NCBI RefSeq assembly: GCF_006345805.1
Contig: NC_043007.1
Span: forward strand, 18,228,001-18,292,000
DNA from: Octopus sinensis
Lineage: Eukaryota
Direction of reading: 5' to 3'
DNA length: 64,000 nt
Positions 36,604-49,516 of this stretch are shown here, piece after piece (the first letter of the stretch is position 1; each line of letters begins with the position of its first letter). The notes under the pieces are model-generated. The model searched no databases and had not been told where the DNA came from. It saw only the letters and a program-made list of their open reading frames with translations. The translations under genes and the position numbers were made by a program.

Positions 36604-37050
36604 AATATGCAATCCTTGCTCATTTCAAATTCCCTCTCCTTCCACATTCTTCTGCTTGAGACCAGCCTTGGTTCCATGATAGAAATTTTTCTCATTTTAA
36701 GGCATTTATATTTATCAAACATCGTAGCTATTGTCTTTATTGTATAACAAAATACCAACAACTAAATATTATTTTGTTAAAGATTTCAGAAATTCACAAG
36801 AAAACTTGAAACCATGTTAATTTAGTTGACAGATGCCCTGATATATCCTCTTTATTAAATTGTATGGTTTCACTCTGAAATTCTTAAAGAGCAAAAAATA
36901 AATAATACAAAAAGAAACAAAGCTAAATATATTTTAATAAAACATTATTTCAAAAAAGCACTTTTATATTAGGTTTTGGAATTGGTTACATTGAATGTGA
37001 GACTTTGGTGAAACAATGATCTATAGTCATCAGAAATTTCACATAATACA

Positions 37051-37229
37051 GGCGTAGGAGTGGCTGTGTGGTAAGTAGCTTGCTTACGAACCACATGGTT
37101 CTGGGTTCAGTCCTACTGCATGGCAGCTTGGGCAAGTGTCTTCTACTATAGCTTCGGGCTGACCAAAGCCTTGTGAGTGGATTTGGTAGACGGAAACTGA
37201 AAGAAGCCTGTTGTATATATGTATATATA

Positions 37230-37278
<49 letters not shown>

Positions 37279-37311
37279 ATATATATGTGTGTGTGTATAT
37301 ATATATGTGTG

Positions 37312-37368
<57 letters not shown>

Positions 37369-37588
37369 ATTATATATATATATATGTATGTATCCATGTT
37401 TGTCCCCCCAACATCACTTGACAACCGATGCTGGTGTGTTTATGTCCCCATAACTTAGTGGCAAAAGAGACAGATAGAATAAGTACTAGGCTTACAAAAA
37501 AGGGGTCGATTTGCTCAACTAAAGGTGGTGCTCCAGCATGGGCACAGTCAAATGACTGAAACAAGTAAAAGAGTAAAAGTGTAAAGAG
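37051..37588 (+). mobile_element. SINE family A with expanded internal microsatellite
   Basis: ~180-bp TA/TG tract in the middle. Confidence 0.85.
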
Positions 37589-38573
37589 TATAATGATTAT
37601 TAATTATTCATTCAAGATTTTGTAATCTTTTCTTTCTCTTTTTTGTTGATATTATTCATGAAAATATATTCCTAACAAATAACTTCAACATGATTCTGTA
37701 AGACCGTAACAGCTATGACTGTTTTCCAGGTAATCATAATTTCCATTCGAAATCAATATCTACCTGTGGGAAGTAAACTTCCAACTGAATGAAAAAAGGC
37801 TAACTACCTGTCAGTCAAAATAACAACCTACCCACCCATCTTCCAGTCTACATCCCAACAGAACTATCTACCTATCTACTTATTTACCTCTCTACCTGTT
37901 TTCTTATTTTTCTATAATACTACCTACCCAGCCCAGCATCTGTCTGCCTGTCTAACAACCCATTCGACTACATTATACCTGTCTCTCTGACTGTTTATTT
38001 GTGATTCAGTGTGTTTATTTGTGCACCTGTCTCTAGGTTGTCTACCGATTCTCCTCACCCACCATCTCCCCGTCTCTCTCCTTCTCTTCCTCTGAAAAAT
38101 AAAAGCATTTCAATGTCAAAAAAATTAAGAGTTTGTGACTTAGATCAGCATCCACAGATGTAAAATTGTTTTCTCATCATTTGAACGCTGTGGTGCTGAG
38201 TGGAAAGACAGCTCTGGTCCAAAATAATACTGATTGTTATTGGATGATGTGTGATGTGTGATGTTGCCCCCACCTGCCACCGTTTGTCAGTATGAGTGCC
38301 TTGAGGGAGCCAATAGTTAGATGACTAGTAAATGCTGTAATGACTATTGGACAATTACTAAGGTGGAGCTGGGGATGGGGAGGAAACGTTGATGAAACAG
38401 ATAAGAATAACCTCCCTTTCTTTCATAAGTAATTGGGAAATATTACCTTGCATGGAAACAAGTGTTGGTGGGCAACAGGAAAAGCATCAGACTGCTAAAG
38501 AATCTGCCTCAGCAAATTCCATCTGACTGGAAAAGTGAACATTAAATACTGCTACACACGCACAAACACACAC

Positions 38574-38614
<41 letters not shown>

Positions 38615-38638
38615 TCTCTTTCTCTCACTTATATCTTA

Positions 38639-39013
38639 CTAGCAGTATCGCCCGGCGTTGCTCAGGTTTGTAAGGGAAATAACTATAAAGCATTTTTAGA
38701 GAGTTATAGCCAAAAAATGGGAAAAAAATGATGGTAAATTTTTTTTTGAGAGTTAAAAAAGGTCGAGTTGCGTCCCCTAGACAGTCTGTGGTTTGTGTTT
38801 CTGATTCTTGACCCCATGTCGAATTTATCGATTTTTTTCAGAACTGGGGGAACTTTTCAAAATTTTCGCTGCGTTAGTTTTGAATTATGACATTGGGCTA
38901 TGTGTGTGTCAAGTTTCATCAGAATCGGTTGAAAGCCGTGGTCAGGGTGAGGGTACAACCAAACAGACACACAGAAACACACACAGACAAACTGCCGTTT
39001 ATATAGAGAGAGA
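38639..39013 (-). mobile_element. Non-autonomous Helitron
   Basis: Minus strand A|TCTCTCTCTATATAAACGGC ... GCAACGCCGGGCGATACTGCTAG|T. Confidence 0.75.
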
Positions 39014-39192
39014 TATATTAATGGCAATTTCTGTCAGCTGATCTGTCTGTTACCATCTTGCTGCCTACATCAGCAAACCAATCTTGATAAAACTTTGCAT
39101 GCATGTTAAACTAACATCCAGTTCAATTATAGGACAGTTAGATTTCAATAAAAATCTATAATGGGCTCCCTAGTGGGGGTCGGGCTATTATT

Positions 39193-39221
39193 GACCTTTA
39201 AAAATCGGCACGAACTTTCTG
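39193..39221 (+). mobile_element. Isolated right TIR of the same mariner family
   Basis: ctttaaaaatcggcacgaactttctggacaaccca matches 44146-44180. Confidence 0.65.
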
Positions 39222-39804
39222 GACAACCCAGCATATATGGGTACACCAAGGTGAGTCTTGCCCAGTTTTTAGACCAAATGGAGCCCGACCCTCTCTACAT
39301 CTGATCACAAGAGAAAGAGAAAAATCGCCCACAGTCAGGATTGATATTTTATTTATTGATCTGGAAAGGATGAAAGGAGATAGAATGAGCACCTCAAAAC
39401 AATCCACCTGACACTGAAATTATTCTTTCAGTTGGTGTGGTTACTGCATTGTAGATGTTAATATGATATTATAACAATACCTGTATATTTTAGTCAGTTG
39501 TTGTTTTAGCCCCAGATCAGCTTTGATCAAGCAGACCTATGACAAAAAAGCATCCCAGCCTGATTTTTCCTGTGTAGGGAACTCAGGGTCATATTATCTA
39601 GTGTGTTGTTTTCAAAAATATCTCGGTATGATTTGAGATATTCAGCTGCTATATAGAGTGGTCACAGATAGAGTGGTCACCCATAGACTACCTTATTGGC
39701 TAATACAGAGGCTCTCTCTTTGGCTGAGACACTCAAAATGCTTACGGTACAGAGGTTTATCAAGCAGTCACCCATTCATGTTCTAACAAGAGTTGGATAT
39801 AATT

Positions 39805-40124
39805 TGACCCCGGGACTTATTCTTTGTAAGCCCAGTACTTATTCTATCGGTCTCTTTTGCTGAACCGCTAAGTGATGGGGACGTAAACACACCAGCATCG
39901 GTTGTCAAGCAATGCTAGGGGGACAAACACACACACACATACATATATATATACATATATATGACAGGCTTCTTTCGGTTTCCGTCTACCAAATCCACTC
40001 ACAAGGCATTGGTCGGCCCAGGGCTATAGCAGAAGACCCTTGCCCGAGGTGCCACACAGTGGGACTGAACCCGGAACCATGTGGTTGGTTAGCAAGCTAC
40101 TTACCACACAGCCACTCCTACGCT
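39805..40124 (-). mobile_element. SINE family A (3'-truncated)
   Basis: Reverse copy lacking the tail. Confidence 0.8.
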
Positions 40125-40319
40125 TCTTTATTTCAAGTACAATCCTTTTATGTTTTCCTTCTCTTCTTCTTCCACCCCATATCAATTTGCTATCTGTTTC
40201 ATATATTTAATAATCATCCCAATTATTATTAGTAATGACTGTTATTATTTGTATTTTTCTGAAAAGAAGTTAAACAAGAAGAAGTATTGATGTAACTAAA
40301 CATTATGCGTAAAAGAAAT

Positions 40320-40382
40320 ACACACACACGCATGCATGCATGCATACGTACATACATACATGCTTACTTACATGCATGCATG

Positions 40383-40453
<71 letters not shown>

Positions 40454-40605
40454 ACACACACACACACACACATACATACATACATACATACCATACATAC
40501 ATACATACATACATACATACATACATACATACATACATACATACATACATACATACATACATACATACATACATACATACATACATACATACATACATAC
40601 ATACA

Positions 40606-40635
<30 letters not shown>
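40320..40635. repeat. (CA)n + (CATA)n microsatellite
   Basis: Direct reading. Confidence 0.9.
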
Positions 40636-40636
<1 letters not shown>

Positions 40637-40976
40637 GGGAGAACCCCTTCGGTCATGAATGACTCTGGGATTGCACCTAGAAAGTTACCCTCCGAGGTAC
40701 AAGTCCGGGCAAGGTTGTTTATGGAAGACCAGCAGTTGCCCATGCATACTGGCCTCCCCTCTCCACGCCACCAGTGGTATCCAAGGAAAAGGCAAAGGGG
40801 CCGATACAGCTTGGCACCAGTGACGTCGCAACTCATTTCTACAGCTGAGTGAACTGGAGCAACGTGAAATAAAGTGTCTTGCTCAAGAACACAACACACA
40901 GCCCAGTCCGGGATTCGAACTCACAACCTCACAATCGTAAGCTCGACGCTCTAACCACTGAGCCAAGCGCCTTCAC
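40636..40976 (-). mobile_element. tRNA-head SINE, same subfamily as 23548
   Basis: Full head and body, with a long (TATG)n tail on the minus strand. Confidence 0.8.
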
Positions 40977-40994
40977 ATACATACATAAGGTGCA

Positions 40995-41375
40995 GGCATA
41001 ATAATTCTCAGTAGTCACGGCCCATGTTTCACTGCCATGTAGCTTGGCCGTTCATACACAGGCATCATACAATATGCCCTTCACTCTGAGGAAGGGGCCC
41101 TTCATTGTTAAAAGAGGTAGAAGCTCTCTGAACTTTGCCCAGCCTATTCTTATTCTAGCAGCTATGCTTTTGGGACAACTTCCCCCATTACTAACTTGGT
41201 CATATAATTAAAGGAAACTGTCTGCTACTTCTAAGGGTCCCTATTGGCATTTAAGGGAGTCTATTTTTTGTACATTCCTGATGTTAAATGTACCTGCACA
41301 TCTGCCACATGTAAAGACTATTTTCCTTGTTAGTCTTCCACTGATACCACTGCACCTCTTCACTCAGGGGGAGTG
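40995..41375 (-). mobile_element. RTE-clade LINE fragment (post-RT region)
   Basis: KRCSGISGRL..FTCGRC..LEV.D.F..RIRIGWAKFRELLPLLT.KG..RVKG.LYDACV, with stops. Confidence 0.75.
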
Positions 41376-41393
41376 ACAACAATTCCATCAATG

Positions 41394-41435
<42 letters not shown>

Positions 41436-42234
41436 TGTTTATATGTGTGTGTGTGTGTGTATATCTTCTATCTATATCTATATATATAAAATTGAAATTC
41501 TGTCTGTTTGTCTACTTACTGTAGGTTCCATCAGTGCATGAATTTGTGTGTGTGTGTGTGTATGTGTTTATATGTGTGTGTATATATATATGTCTTCTAT
41601 TTATATCTATATATATAAAATTGAAATTCTGTCTGTTTGTCTTACTTACTGTTGGTCAACATCCATTTCATTTGTGTCACCATACCATATATAAAACATT
41701 TATCAATTTGAGTTGCAAGGTTTCAGATGTGAAATCATGCGTTGAAAGAGATATTGTTGTATTTCAGGCTGGTCATTTTCTTTTTTTTGCCAAATAAACA
41801 CACCCACTGTATATTTTTTCTTCACTCGTTTATCACTGTTCTTAGTGTTCTTATTGTAACTCATGTCCATTGTCCAGAAATCTTTCGTCACACATCTGTG
41901 ACTTCTTCAGCGACACTTTTCATTTTCATGTGTGTTCTTGCTCCACTTACACCATTCTGTTCTGAGCTGTGTATCCTTATGTGCACATGAGTTTGTATTT
42001 TTTTTTTAGCTTGTGAGTGTGTATGTGTATGTGTGTGTGTATGTTTGTGTGTGTCATAGTTTTTAGCAGCAGTATGGCCTTCCCCTCAGCCCCATCCGCT
42101 TACCCCATTGTGCTTCTGCTGTCCTATGACCCGAAGATATGGTACAGTTCCTGTATTCCTCTGAGTATGTGTGTTTGTTCACAGTGTTGCCATCGTGATA
42201 GTTGTTGTTGCCATTTGTTTGTTGAGCGAAGCAG

Positions 42235-42490
42235 TCTTCGTCCCAGTGGGAGAAGTCTGAAACGTGGTCCTTTGCTACTCGTAAGACCCGCAGAAGAGAA
42301 AGCAGGTCAACCCCTGACACCGAGAGCATCGACGGATGGATGAAATGCGCATCCAGGCTCAGCGGTTGTGTAGGAAGTCGGGGACAAGAAACAGGAAGAA
42401 AGAGTGAGAGAAAGTTGGAGCGAAAGAGTACAACAGGGGTCGTTACCACCCCCTGCCGGAGCCTCGTGGAGCTTTAGGTGTTTTCGTGTT
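42235..42490 (-). mobile_element. Family D SINE body with an alternative 3' end
   Basis: Shares acctaaagctccacgaggctccggcagg..ctttctctcactct with family D. Confidence 0.65.
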
Positions 42491-43615
42491 GTTGCTGTTA
42501 TTGCTATCGTTGTAACCACCATTGCTTCTGCCCTTGTTAATCATGTTGTTGACATTGTTGTGGTCGTCCATGAAATATCTTGCGTGTGTGTTTGTATGTG
42601 TATGTCTTCGCTTTGTTTGTTGTATGTATCCATGCCCTTATATAGATTTATTTATTTATATTATCTATCTCTATATCAAATATTTATTTATATACTTATT
42701 TATACATCTATCTCTGTTTATCATTAAGTATCACAGGTAAGTGCTTATATGCACTACATAAGTACCACAGGTAAGTGATACATAAGTACCACAGGATCCA
42801 GTGAGCCGACACGGAGTATAATGCAGCCTGTAGCTGACTGGATCCTGTCAATTGCCTACCTAAAATTAACACATTCACCACATTTTTGACTATTTTTACT
42901 ATCTTTTCTCTTACTCTTTTCTTCGTTAATTTATGATACACCAACATCTCTGAAAATTATTTGCCATGTATTATTCACAACAGTCACGCCAGATCAGATT
43001 GGAGCCTGGTGCAGCCATCTGGCTCACCAGTCCTCAGTCAAATCGTCCAACCCATGCTAGCATGGAAAGCGGACGTTAAATGATGATGATGATGATTCAC
43101 CTCTACCCCCATCTATAACCATTCGGTATTTTCCCCTCATGCTCTTAAGACTCTTGGCCCACTTCCTGATCTGCTACCCATCTCTTGCTTCTTTAGAATA
43201 TTACTCTGGCACCCCATCACTACCATCTTACCTTTTCCCAGATAATTCCACCTTTATATAAATGCAGGGTAGCTATATATTTTTACTATAGCCAGACACA
43301 TTCTTGATACTAGCATTAAAAAACCTCTCCTTCCTCTCAAATACCCACCAACTACCACCAGTTAATTGAAAGGGCTTTCCCTTTCACCCTGTTTTCCTTT
43401 TTTTTTGCCCTTTCCTGCTTTGCAAGTTATTTAGCAACCATGCAAGGGGTGGTCACATGGAAAAAGCACCCAGTGCACATTGTAAAGTGGTTGGTGAAAG
43501 GAAGGGCATCTAGACATAAAACCAAGCCTAAGCCAATATGGAGTGTGATGCAGCCCTCTGGCTCACCAACTCCTGTCAGACCATCTTACCCATGCCGGCA
43601 TGGAAAACGGATGTA

Positions 43616-44181
43616 TTGGGTTGTCCGGAAAGTTCGTGCCCATTTATAGTAGCTTACCTTTCGACTTATTTTAGAACATGGTTGAGTCTATAAAATATGA
43701 TTTGACTATACCGCCATTTAGAGCACAGTTTAAGCTATCTTTTCGTGGAAGAAGGTTTACATTCCTATAATCTGTGTTAATTCTGTAACCCTATAAAATG
43801 GAAGATAAGAAAGTTCATTTTCGGCACTTGATGCTTTGGGAACCAGACAAAAATTGCTGCAGCTCGGCTGGGATGTGTTACCCCACCCTCCATATTCACC
43901 AGATATTGCTCCTTCGGATTTCCACTTATTCAGGTCTCTGCAGAATAGTCTTAATGGTAAACATTTCAATTCCTTGGATAACGTAAAAAGATACCTTGAT
44001 GAATTCTTTGCCCTGAAACCACCACAATTCTGGGAAGAGGGTATTTTCAAGTTAAAGGAAAGATGGAGACGCATTGTGCAACAAAATGGTTCATATTTGG
44101 TTGATTAAAAATGTAATGGTAAGTATTTATTGAGCTTTTTCTTTCCTTTAAAAGTCGGCACGAACTTTCCGGACAACCCAA
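43616..44181 (+). mobile_element. Internally deleted mariner element with intact TIRs
   Basis: TA|TTGGGTTGTCCGGAAAGTTCGTGCC ... GGCACGAACTTTCCGGACAACCCAA|TA. N-terminal MEDKKVHFRHLMLW is joined to C-terminal ..HPPYSPDIAPSDFHLF..NGSYLVD*. Confidence 0.93.
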
Positions 44182-44310
44182 TAAAATGTTTATGATGATG
44201 ATGATGATGATGGATTCATCTCCCTAGAATATTTTCTGTATTGGTATGTACAATATTGCACATGAGTAGGCATGGAAAATTAACGTATTTTACAGCATAA
44301 TTTACTAAGA

Positions 44311-44700
44311 GGCACAGGAGTGGCTGTGTGGTAAGTAGCTTGTTTACCAACCACATGGTTCCGGGTTCAGTCCCACTGCGTATCACCTTGGGCAAGTGTC
44401 TTCTACTATAGCCTCGGGCCGACCAAAGCCTTGTGAATGGATTTGGTAGACGGAAACTGAAAGAAGCCTGTCGTATATATGTATATATATATATGCGTGT
44501 GTGTCTGTGTTTGTCCCCCTAACATTGTTTGACAACCGATGCTGGTGTGTTTACGTCCCCGTTACTTAGCGGTTTGGCAAAAGACACCGATAGAATAAGT
44601 ACTGGGCTTACAAAAGAACAAGTCCCGGGGTCGAATTGCTCGATTAAAGGCGGTGCTCCAGCATGGCCGCAGTCAAATGACCGAAACAAGTAAAAGATTA
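44311..44700 (+). mobile_element. SINE family A
   Basis: Full-length copy. Confidence 0.85.
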
Positions 44701-45204
44701 AAAGATAAAGAGAAATTGCTCCAGAAATGACATGTAAAGTGTGTGATGTTTAGCTGTGATGGAAGGTGGAAAGTGACAGGGAATTAGAATCACCAGCAGA
44801 TATAGATACATAGGGGAGACAACTGCGTTGGTATGGCGACACGAATGGACTGGACGTTGACCTACAGTAAGTGGTGGTGGTGGTGGTGGTGGGGGACGGC
44901 ATGTGCTGATGAGGGAGAGGGGTAGATGAGGCTGAAGAAGTGAGGAAGAAGTTGATGTGGGTAGATTTGAGTACGTTATGATCAATATGACTGGCGATGT
45001 ATTGTACAGTAGACTCATCCAGATTATTTCAAACATAAAAAGAAAATAAAAAGAAATGATAAAATGATGTTGATGCAGATGATGATGATGAATTTGGAAA
45101 GAAAACAATTTGATGGATACTTACTTATATAGGGTTTTAATCATTGTTTTTTTCTTTTCTTTTTCCAAAATTAGTTTTATGCAATGCAGAATGCTTACAT
45201 ATAC

Positions 45205-45565
45205 ATATTTATTTCAGTCATTTGACAGCGGCCATGCTGGAGCACCACCTTTAGTCGAGCAAATCAACCCCAGGACTTATTCTTTGGAAGCCTAGTACTT
45301 ATTCTATTGGTCTCTTTTGCTGAACCGCTAAGTTACAGGGACGTAAACACACCACCATCAGTTGTCAAGCGATATTGAGAGGACAAACACAGACACACAA
45401 ACATATATACACACATACATATACATATATATGACGGGCTTCTTTCAGTTTCCGTCTACCAAATCCACTCACAAGGCTTTGGTCAGCCCAAGGCTATAGT
45501 AGAAGACACTTGCCCAAGGTGCCATGCAGTAGGAATGAACCCGGAACCATGTGGTTGGTAAGTAA
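45205..45565 (-). mobile_element. SINE family A
   Basis: Reverse copy, 5' end truncated. Confidence 0.8.
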
Positions 45566-45589
45566 GTGGGGTGCTGAAAATAAGGGTAT

Positions 45590-45805
45590 TGATAAGGCAG
45601 CGATCTGGCAGAAACATTAGCATGCCGGGCGAAATGCTTTGTGGTATTTTGTCTGCTGCTACGTTCTGAGTTCAAATTCCGCCGAAGTCGACTTTACCTT
45701 TCATCCTTTCGGGGGTCGATAAATAAGTACCAGTTACGCACTGGGGTCGATGTAATCAACTTAATCCGTTTGTCCTCCCTGTGTTTAGCCCCTTGTGGGT
45801 ATTGC
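45590..45805 (+). mobile_element. SINE family C
   Basis: Same central domain. Confidence 0.75.
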
Positions 45806-45939
45806 AAAAGGCCCGGCTGGAGGCTCAACTTTGTGTGAATCTGAAAGGAAAATATGTTGAATAGAATCAGAATTAACTGATCCTCCTGCATTTTCTTTTA
45901 CCCAGAGCCAGGAACTTTGCAGCACCCCTCATGTGTCTC

Positions 45940-46340
45940 TTTTATCTCTTTTACTTGTTTCAGTCATTTGACTGCGGCCATGCTGGAGCACCACCTTTAG
46001 TTGAGCACATCGACCCTGGGACTTATTCTTTGTAAGCCCAGTACTTATTCTATCGGTCTCTTTTGCCGAACTGCTAAGTGACAGGGATGTAAACACACCA
46101 GCACCGGTTGTCAAGCAATGCTAGGGAGACAAACACAGACACTCAAACATACACACACATATATATATATATATATACGACAGGCTTCTTTCAGTTTCCG
46201 TCTACCAAATCCACTCACAAGACATTGGTCGGCCCAGGGCTATAGCAGAAGACACTTGCCCAAGATGCCACGCAGTGGGACTGAACCCAGAACCATGTGG
46301 TTGGTAAGCAAGAACTTACCACACTGCCACTCCTGTGCCT
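45940..46340 (-). mobile_element. SINE family A
   Basis: Full-length reverse copy. Confidence 0.85.
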
Positions 46341-46349
46341 ATATGTGTA

Positions 46350-47130
46350 TCATCATCATCATCATCATCATTTAGCGTCCGTTTTCCATGCCAGCATGGG
46401 TTGGACGGTTCAACTGGGGTCTGGGGAGCCCGAAGGCTGCACCAGGCCAGTCAGATCTGGCAGTGTTTCTACAGCTGGATGCCCTTCCTAACGCCAACCA
46501 CTCCATAAGTGTAGTGGGTGATTTTATGTGCCACCGACACAGGTGCCAGACGAGGCTGGCGAACGGCCACGCTCGGATGGTGTTTTTATGTGCCACCGAC
46601 ACAGGTGCCAGACGAGGCTGGCAGACGGCCACGCTCGGATGGTGTTTTTATGTGCCACCGACACAGGTGCCAGATGAGGCTGGCGGACAGCCACGATTGG
46701 ATGGTGTTTGTTACGTCCCCAAAGCATGGAGGCCAGTCTATGCGGTACTGGCTACGGCCACGTTCGGATGATTTTCTTGTGTGCCACCGGCACTGGTACC
46801 ACAAAGATACAAATTCCATTGATGTTCATCTATTTTGATTTGTTTTGATTTGATTTTCACTTGCCTCAACAGGTCTTCACAAGTGTCACAAGAAGGAAGG
46901 TATGCACAGGTGGACTGACTACGTCCCAGGTAGGGGCCACGGGTTATGGCCTGACTAGTCTTGCCGGGTCTTCGGATGGTGTTTTTATGTGCCACCGACA
47001 CAGGTGCCAGATGAGGCTGGCGAATGGCCACGATCGGATGGTGTTTGTTACGTGCCCACAGCACGGAGGCCAGTCAATGCGGTACTGGCTACGGCCACGT
47101 TCGGATGGTTTTCTTGTGTGCCACCGGCAC
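46350..47130 (-). mobile_element. Family B retroelement with expanded module array
   Basis: About six modules. ~46975-47130 duplicates ~46630-46795. Confidence 0.75.
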
Positions 47131-47352
47131 TATATCTATTATATAAAATCCGTTCTGTCTGACTGTGTGTTTGTCTTCTAGGATCTTGGGCATCCTCCAT
47201 CCGATTGTGCTCAAATTTGATGTGGCTCACTGGATCCGGTTAAATTATCCAACCCATGCCAGCAAGGAAAACAAATGTTAAAAATTTATGATGATGATTC
47301 TGAAGGTAGGTCATTGAAAGACAGAATTGGTAGAGCATTGAAGAAAATATCC

Positions 47353-47722
47353 TGCAGGAGTGGCTGTGTGGTAAGTAGCTTGCTTACCAACCACATGGTT
47401 CTGGGTTCAGTCCCACTGCATGGCACCTTGGGCAAGTGTCTTCTACTATAGCCTTGGGCTGACCAAAGCTTTGTGAGTGAATTTGGTAGATGGAAACTGA
47501 AAGAAGCCTGTCGTATATATGTATATGTGTGTATATGCTTGTGTGTCTGTTTGTCCTCCCAACATTGCTTGTCAACAGATGGTGGTGTGTTTATGTCCCC
47601 ATAACTTAGCGGTTCAGCAAAAGTGACTGATAGAATAAGTTCTAGGCTTACAAAGAATAAGTCCTGAGGTCAATTTGCTTGACTAAAGGCAGTGCTCCTG
47701 TATGACTGCAATAAGTAAAAGA
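47353..47722 (+). mobile_element. SINE family A
   Basis: Copy with a degraded tail. Confidence 0.8.
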
Positions 47723-48704
47723 GAGTTATTGGCTACTTCCTGAACTTAAATTCATCTCAGATCAATAAGACAAGAATTAGGTTGGATTACAACTTGTCCT
47801 CACTTCAAAATCCTGTGGTTTCATGCTTTTGTTGGAAATCATTATTTAGATGGTAAATTAATGAGAGTACAGGACTAAATATTCCCTTTGTGTTCTGATA
47901 TTTCAAATATCACCATAGTTGATGTCCCCATCATCCTTCTAGGGTGCAAGATTGATAAAAAATAAGTTCTGGTCAGTTATTCAGGTCACAGTGGGCAGTC
48001 AGTTGTTCCCTCTCCACAAACTTTGAAATTACATTTGACAATATCCTTACACCAGCTACAAAACAAATTCTTTCAATGGGCAGCTGGCATAGCATTTAAT
48101 TAACTCTAATATATCTTTCATCATCATAAACCCCGGGACTTTACTGCCAGGATTCACAAGGCCAGTTGCCTGATTGTCATGGCTTATAACTGACCAAGAT
48201 TACTGAATGGAATGCCAATCTGTTGCTGGGTTACTCATTTACAGCTGAGTGGACTGGGGCAACATGAAATGAAGTGTTTTGCTCAAGAACATTAATACAC
48301 TGCCCAGTCCAGGAACTGAAACCATGATCTTTGAATCATGAGTGCAACACCCTAAGACCATATTGCTAGTACTTAATTCATCAACCCAAAACATATGAAA
48401 AATATTTGAACTTAGTTAGACTTTTGAAGAGTGAAACTAAGGTATTTAAAAATACTTTTACAATGCCTCTCAGAAGAAAATTTGTTGAAGAAGAAACTTC
48501 ACTGAAATGCCTGAAGTGCATTATTATTACTTTTTAAATCAAAAGCAAAAATAACTGTTCTCTGATGTAATCAATTTACCCTTCCTCCAAAATTGCTGGC
48601 CTTGTGCCAAAATTTGAAACCAATATTAATTAAAGTTAAGGTGGAGAGCTGGCAGAATTATTACAGCAGCATTTCATCCATCTTTATGTTTTAAGTTCAA
48701 ATTC

Positions 48705-49260
48705 TTATTTCTTTATTGCTCACAAGGGGCTAAACATAGAGGGGACAAACAAGGACAGACAAAGGTATTAAGTTGATAACATCGACCCCAGTGCATAACT
48801 GGTACTTAATTCATCAACCCCGAAAGGATGAAAAGCAAAGTTGACCTCGGCGGAATTTGAACTCAGAACACAGCGGCAGACGAAATACCTATTTCTTTAC
48901 TACCCACAAGGGGCTAAACACAGAGAGGACAAACAAGGACAGACAAAGGGATTAAGTCGATTATATCGACCCCAGCGCGTAACTGGTACTTATTTAATCG
49001 ACCCTGAAAGGGTGAAAGGCAAAGTCGACCTCGGCAGAATTTGAACTCAGAACCTAACAGCAGACAAAATACTGCTGAACATTTCGCCCGGCATGCTAAC
49101 GTTTCTGCCAGCTCGCCGCCTTCTTTAAGTTCAAATTCTGCCAAGGTCGATCTCGCTTTTCATCTTTTTGGGGTTGATAAAATAATACCAGCTGAGCAGT
49201 GAGGTCAATGTAATCAACTTGCCCTCTTCCCTGGTCTTACTGGTCTTCTGGCAAAATTTG
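48705..49260 (-). mobile_element. Tandem cluster of family C copies and fragments
   Basis: The 3' half is repeated at 48705-48890 and 48890-49120, with a further fragment to ~49260. Confidence 0.75.
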
Positions 49261-49320
49261 AAACCAATGGTAACTGAAACTAGAAACATTTGGTGTTAAG
49301 CAAAATTCAGCGCATTTCAG

Positions 49321-49376
49321 AACAAAAACACAAAAATACTGGAGAGGCCTTTAGTAAAGGAAAACAAAATTTTATT
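49321..49376 (-). promoter_or_regulatory. Candidate polyadenylation signal of the choline kinase transcript
   Basis: Minus-strand AATAAA (49371-49376), followed ~30 nt downstream by a GT/T-rich tract (gtatttttgtgtttttgtt). Lies at the edge of a SINE-poor block. Other AATAAA hexamers occur closer to the stop codon. Confidence 0.35.
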
Positions 49377-49480
49377 TTCAAAAAATAATCTTGGTGACAC
49401 TTCTAGTTTATATCATTACACAAATTGTGTCCGGTATCAGTGTCGAGAACTGAACATTAGAAAAATTATTCCACCAAAAG

Positions 49481-49516
<36 letters not shown>

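Noticed and set aside
46510-46700. Repeat-spacer-like array resembling CRISPR
   Set aside because: The linkers are homologous to one another, the array lies inside a (GAT)n-tailed retroelement in a eukaryotic genome, and there are no cas genes.
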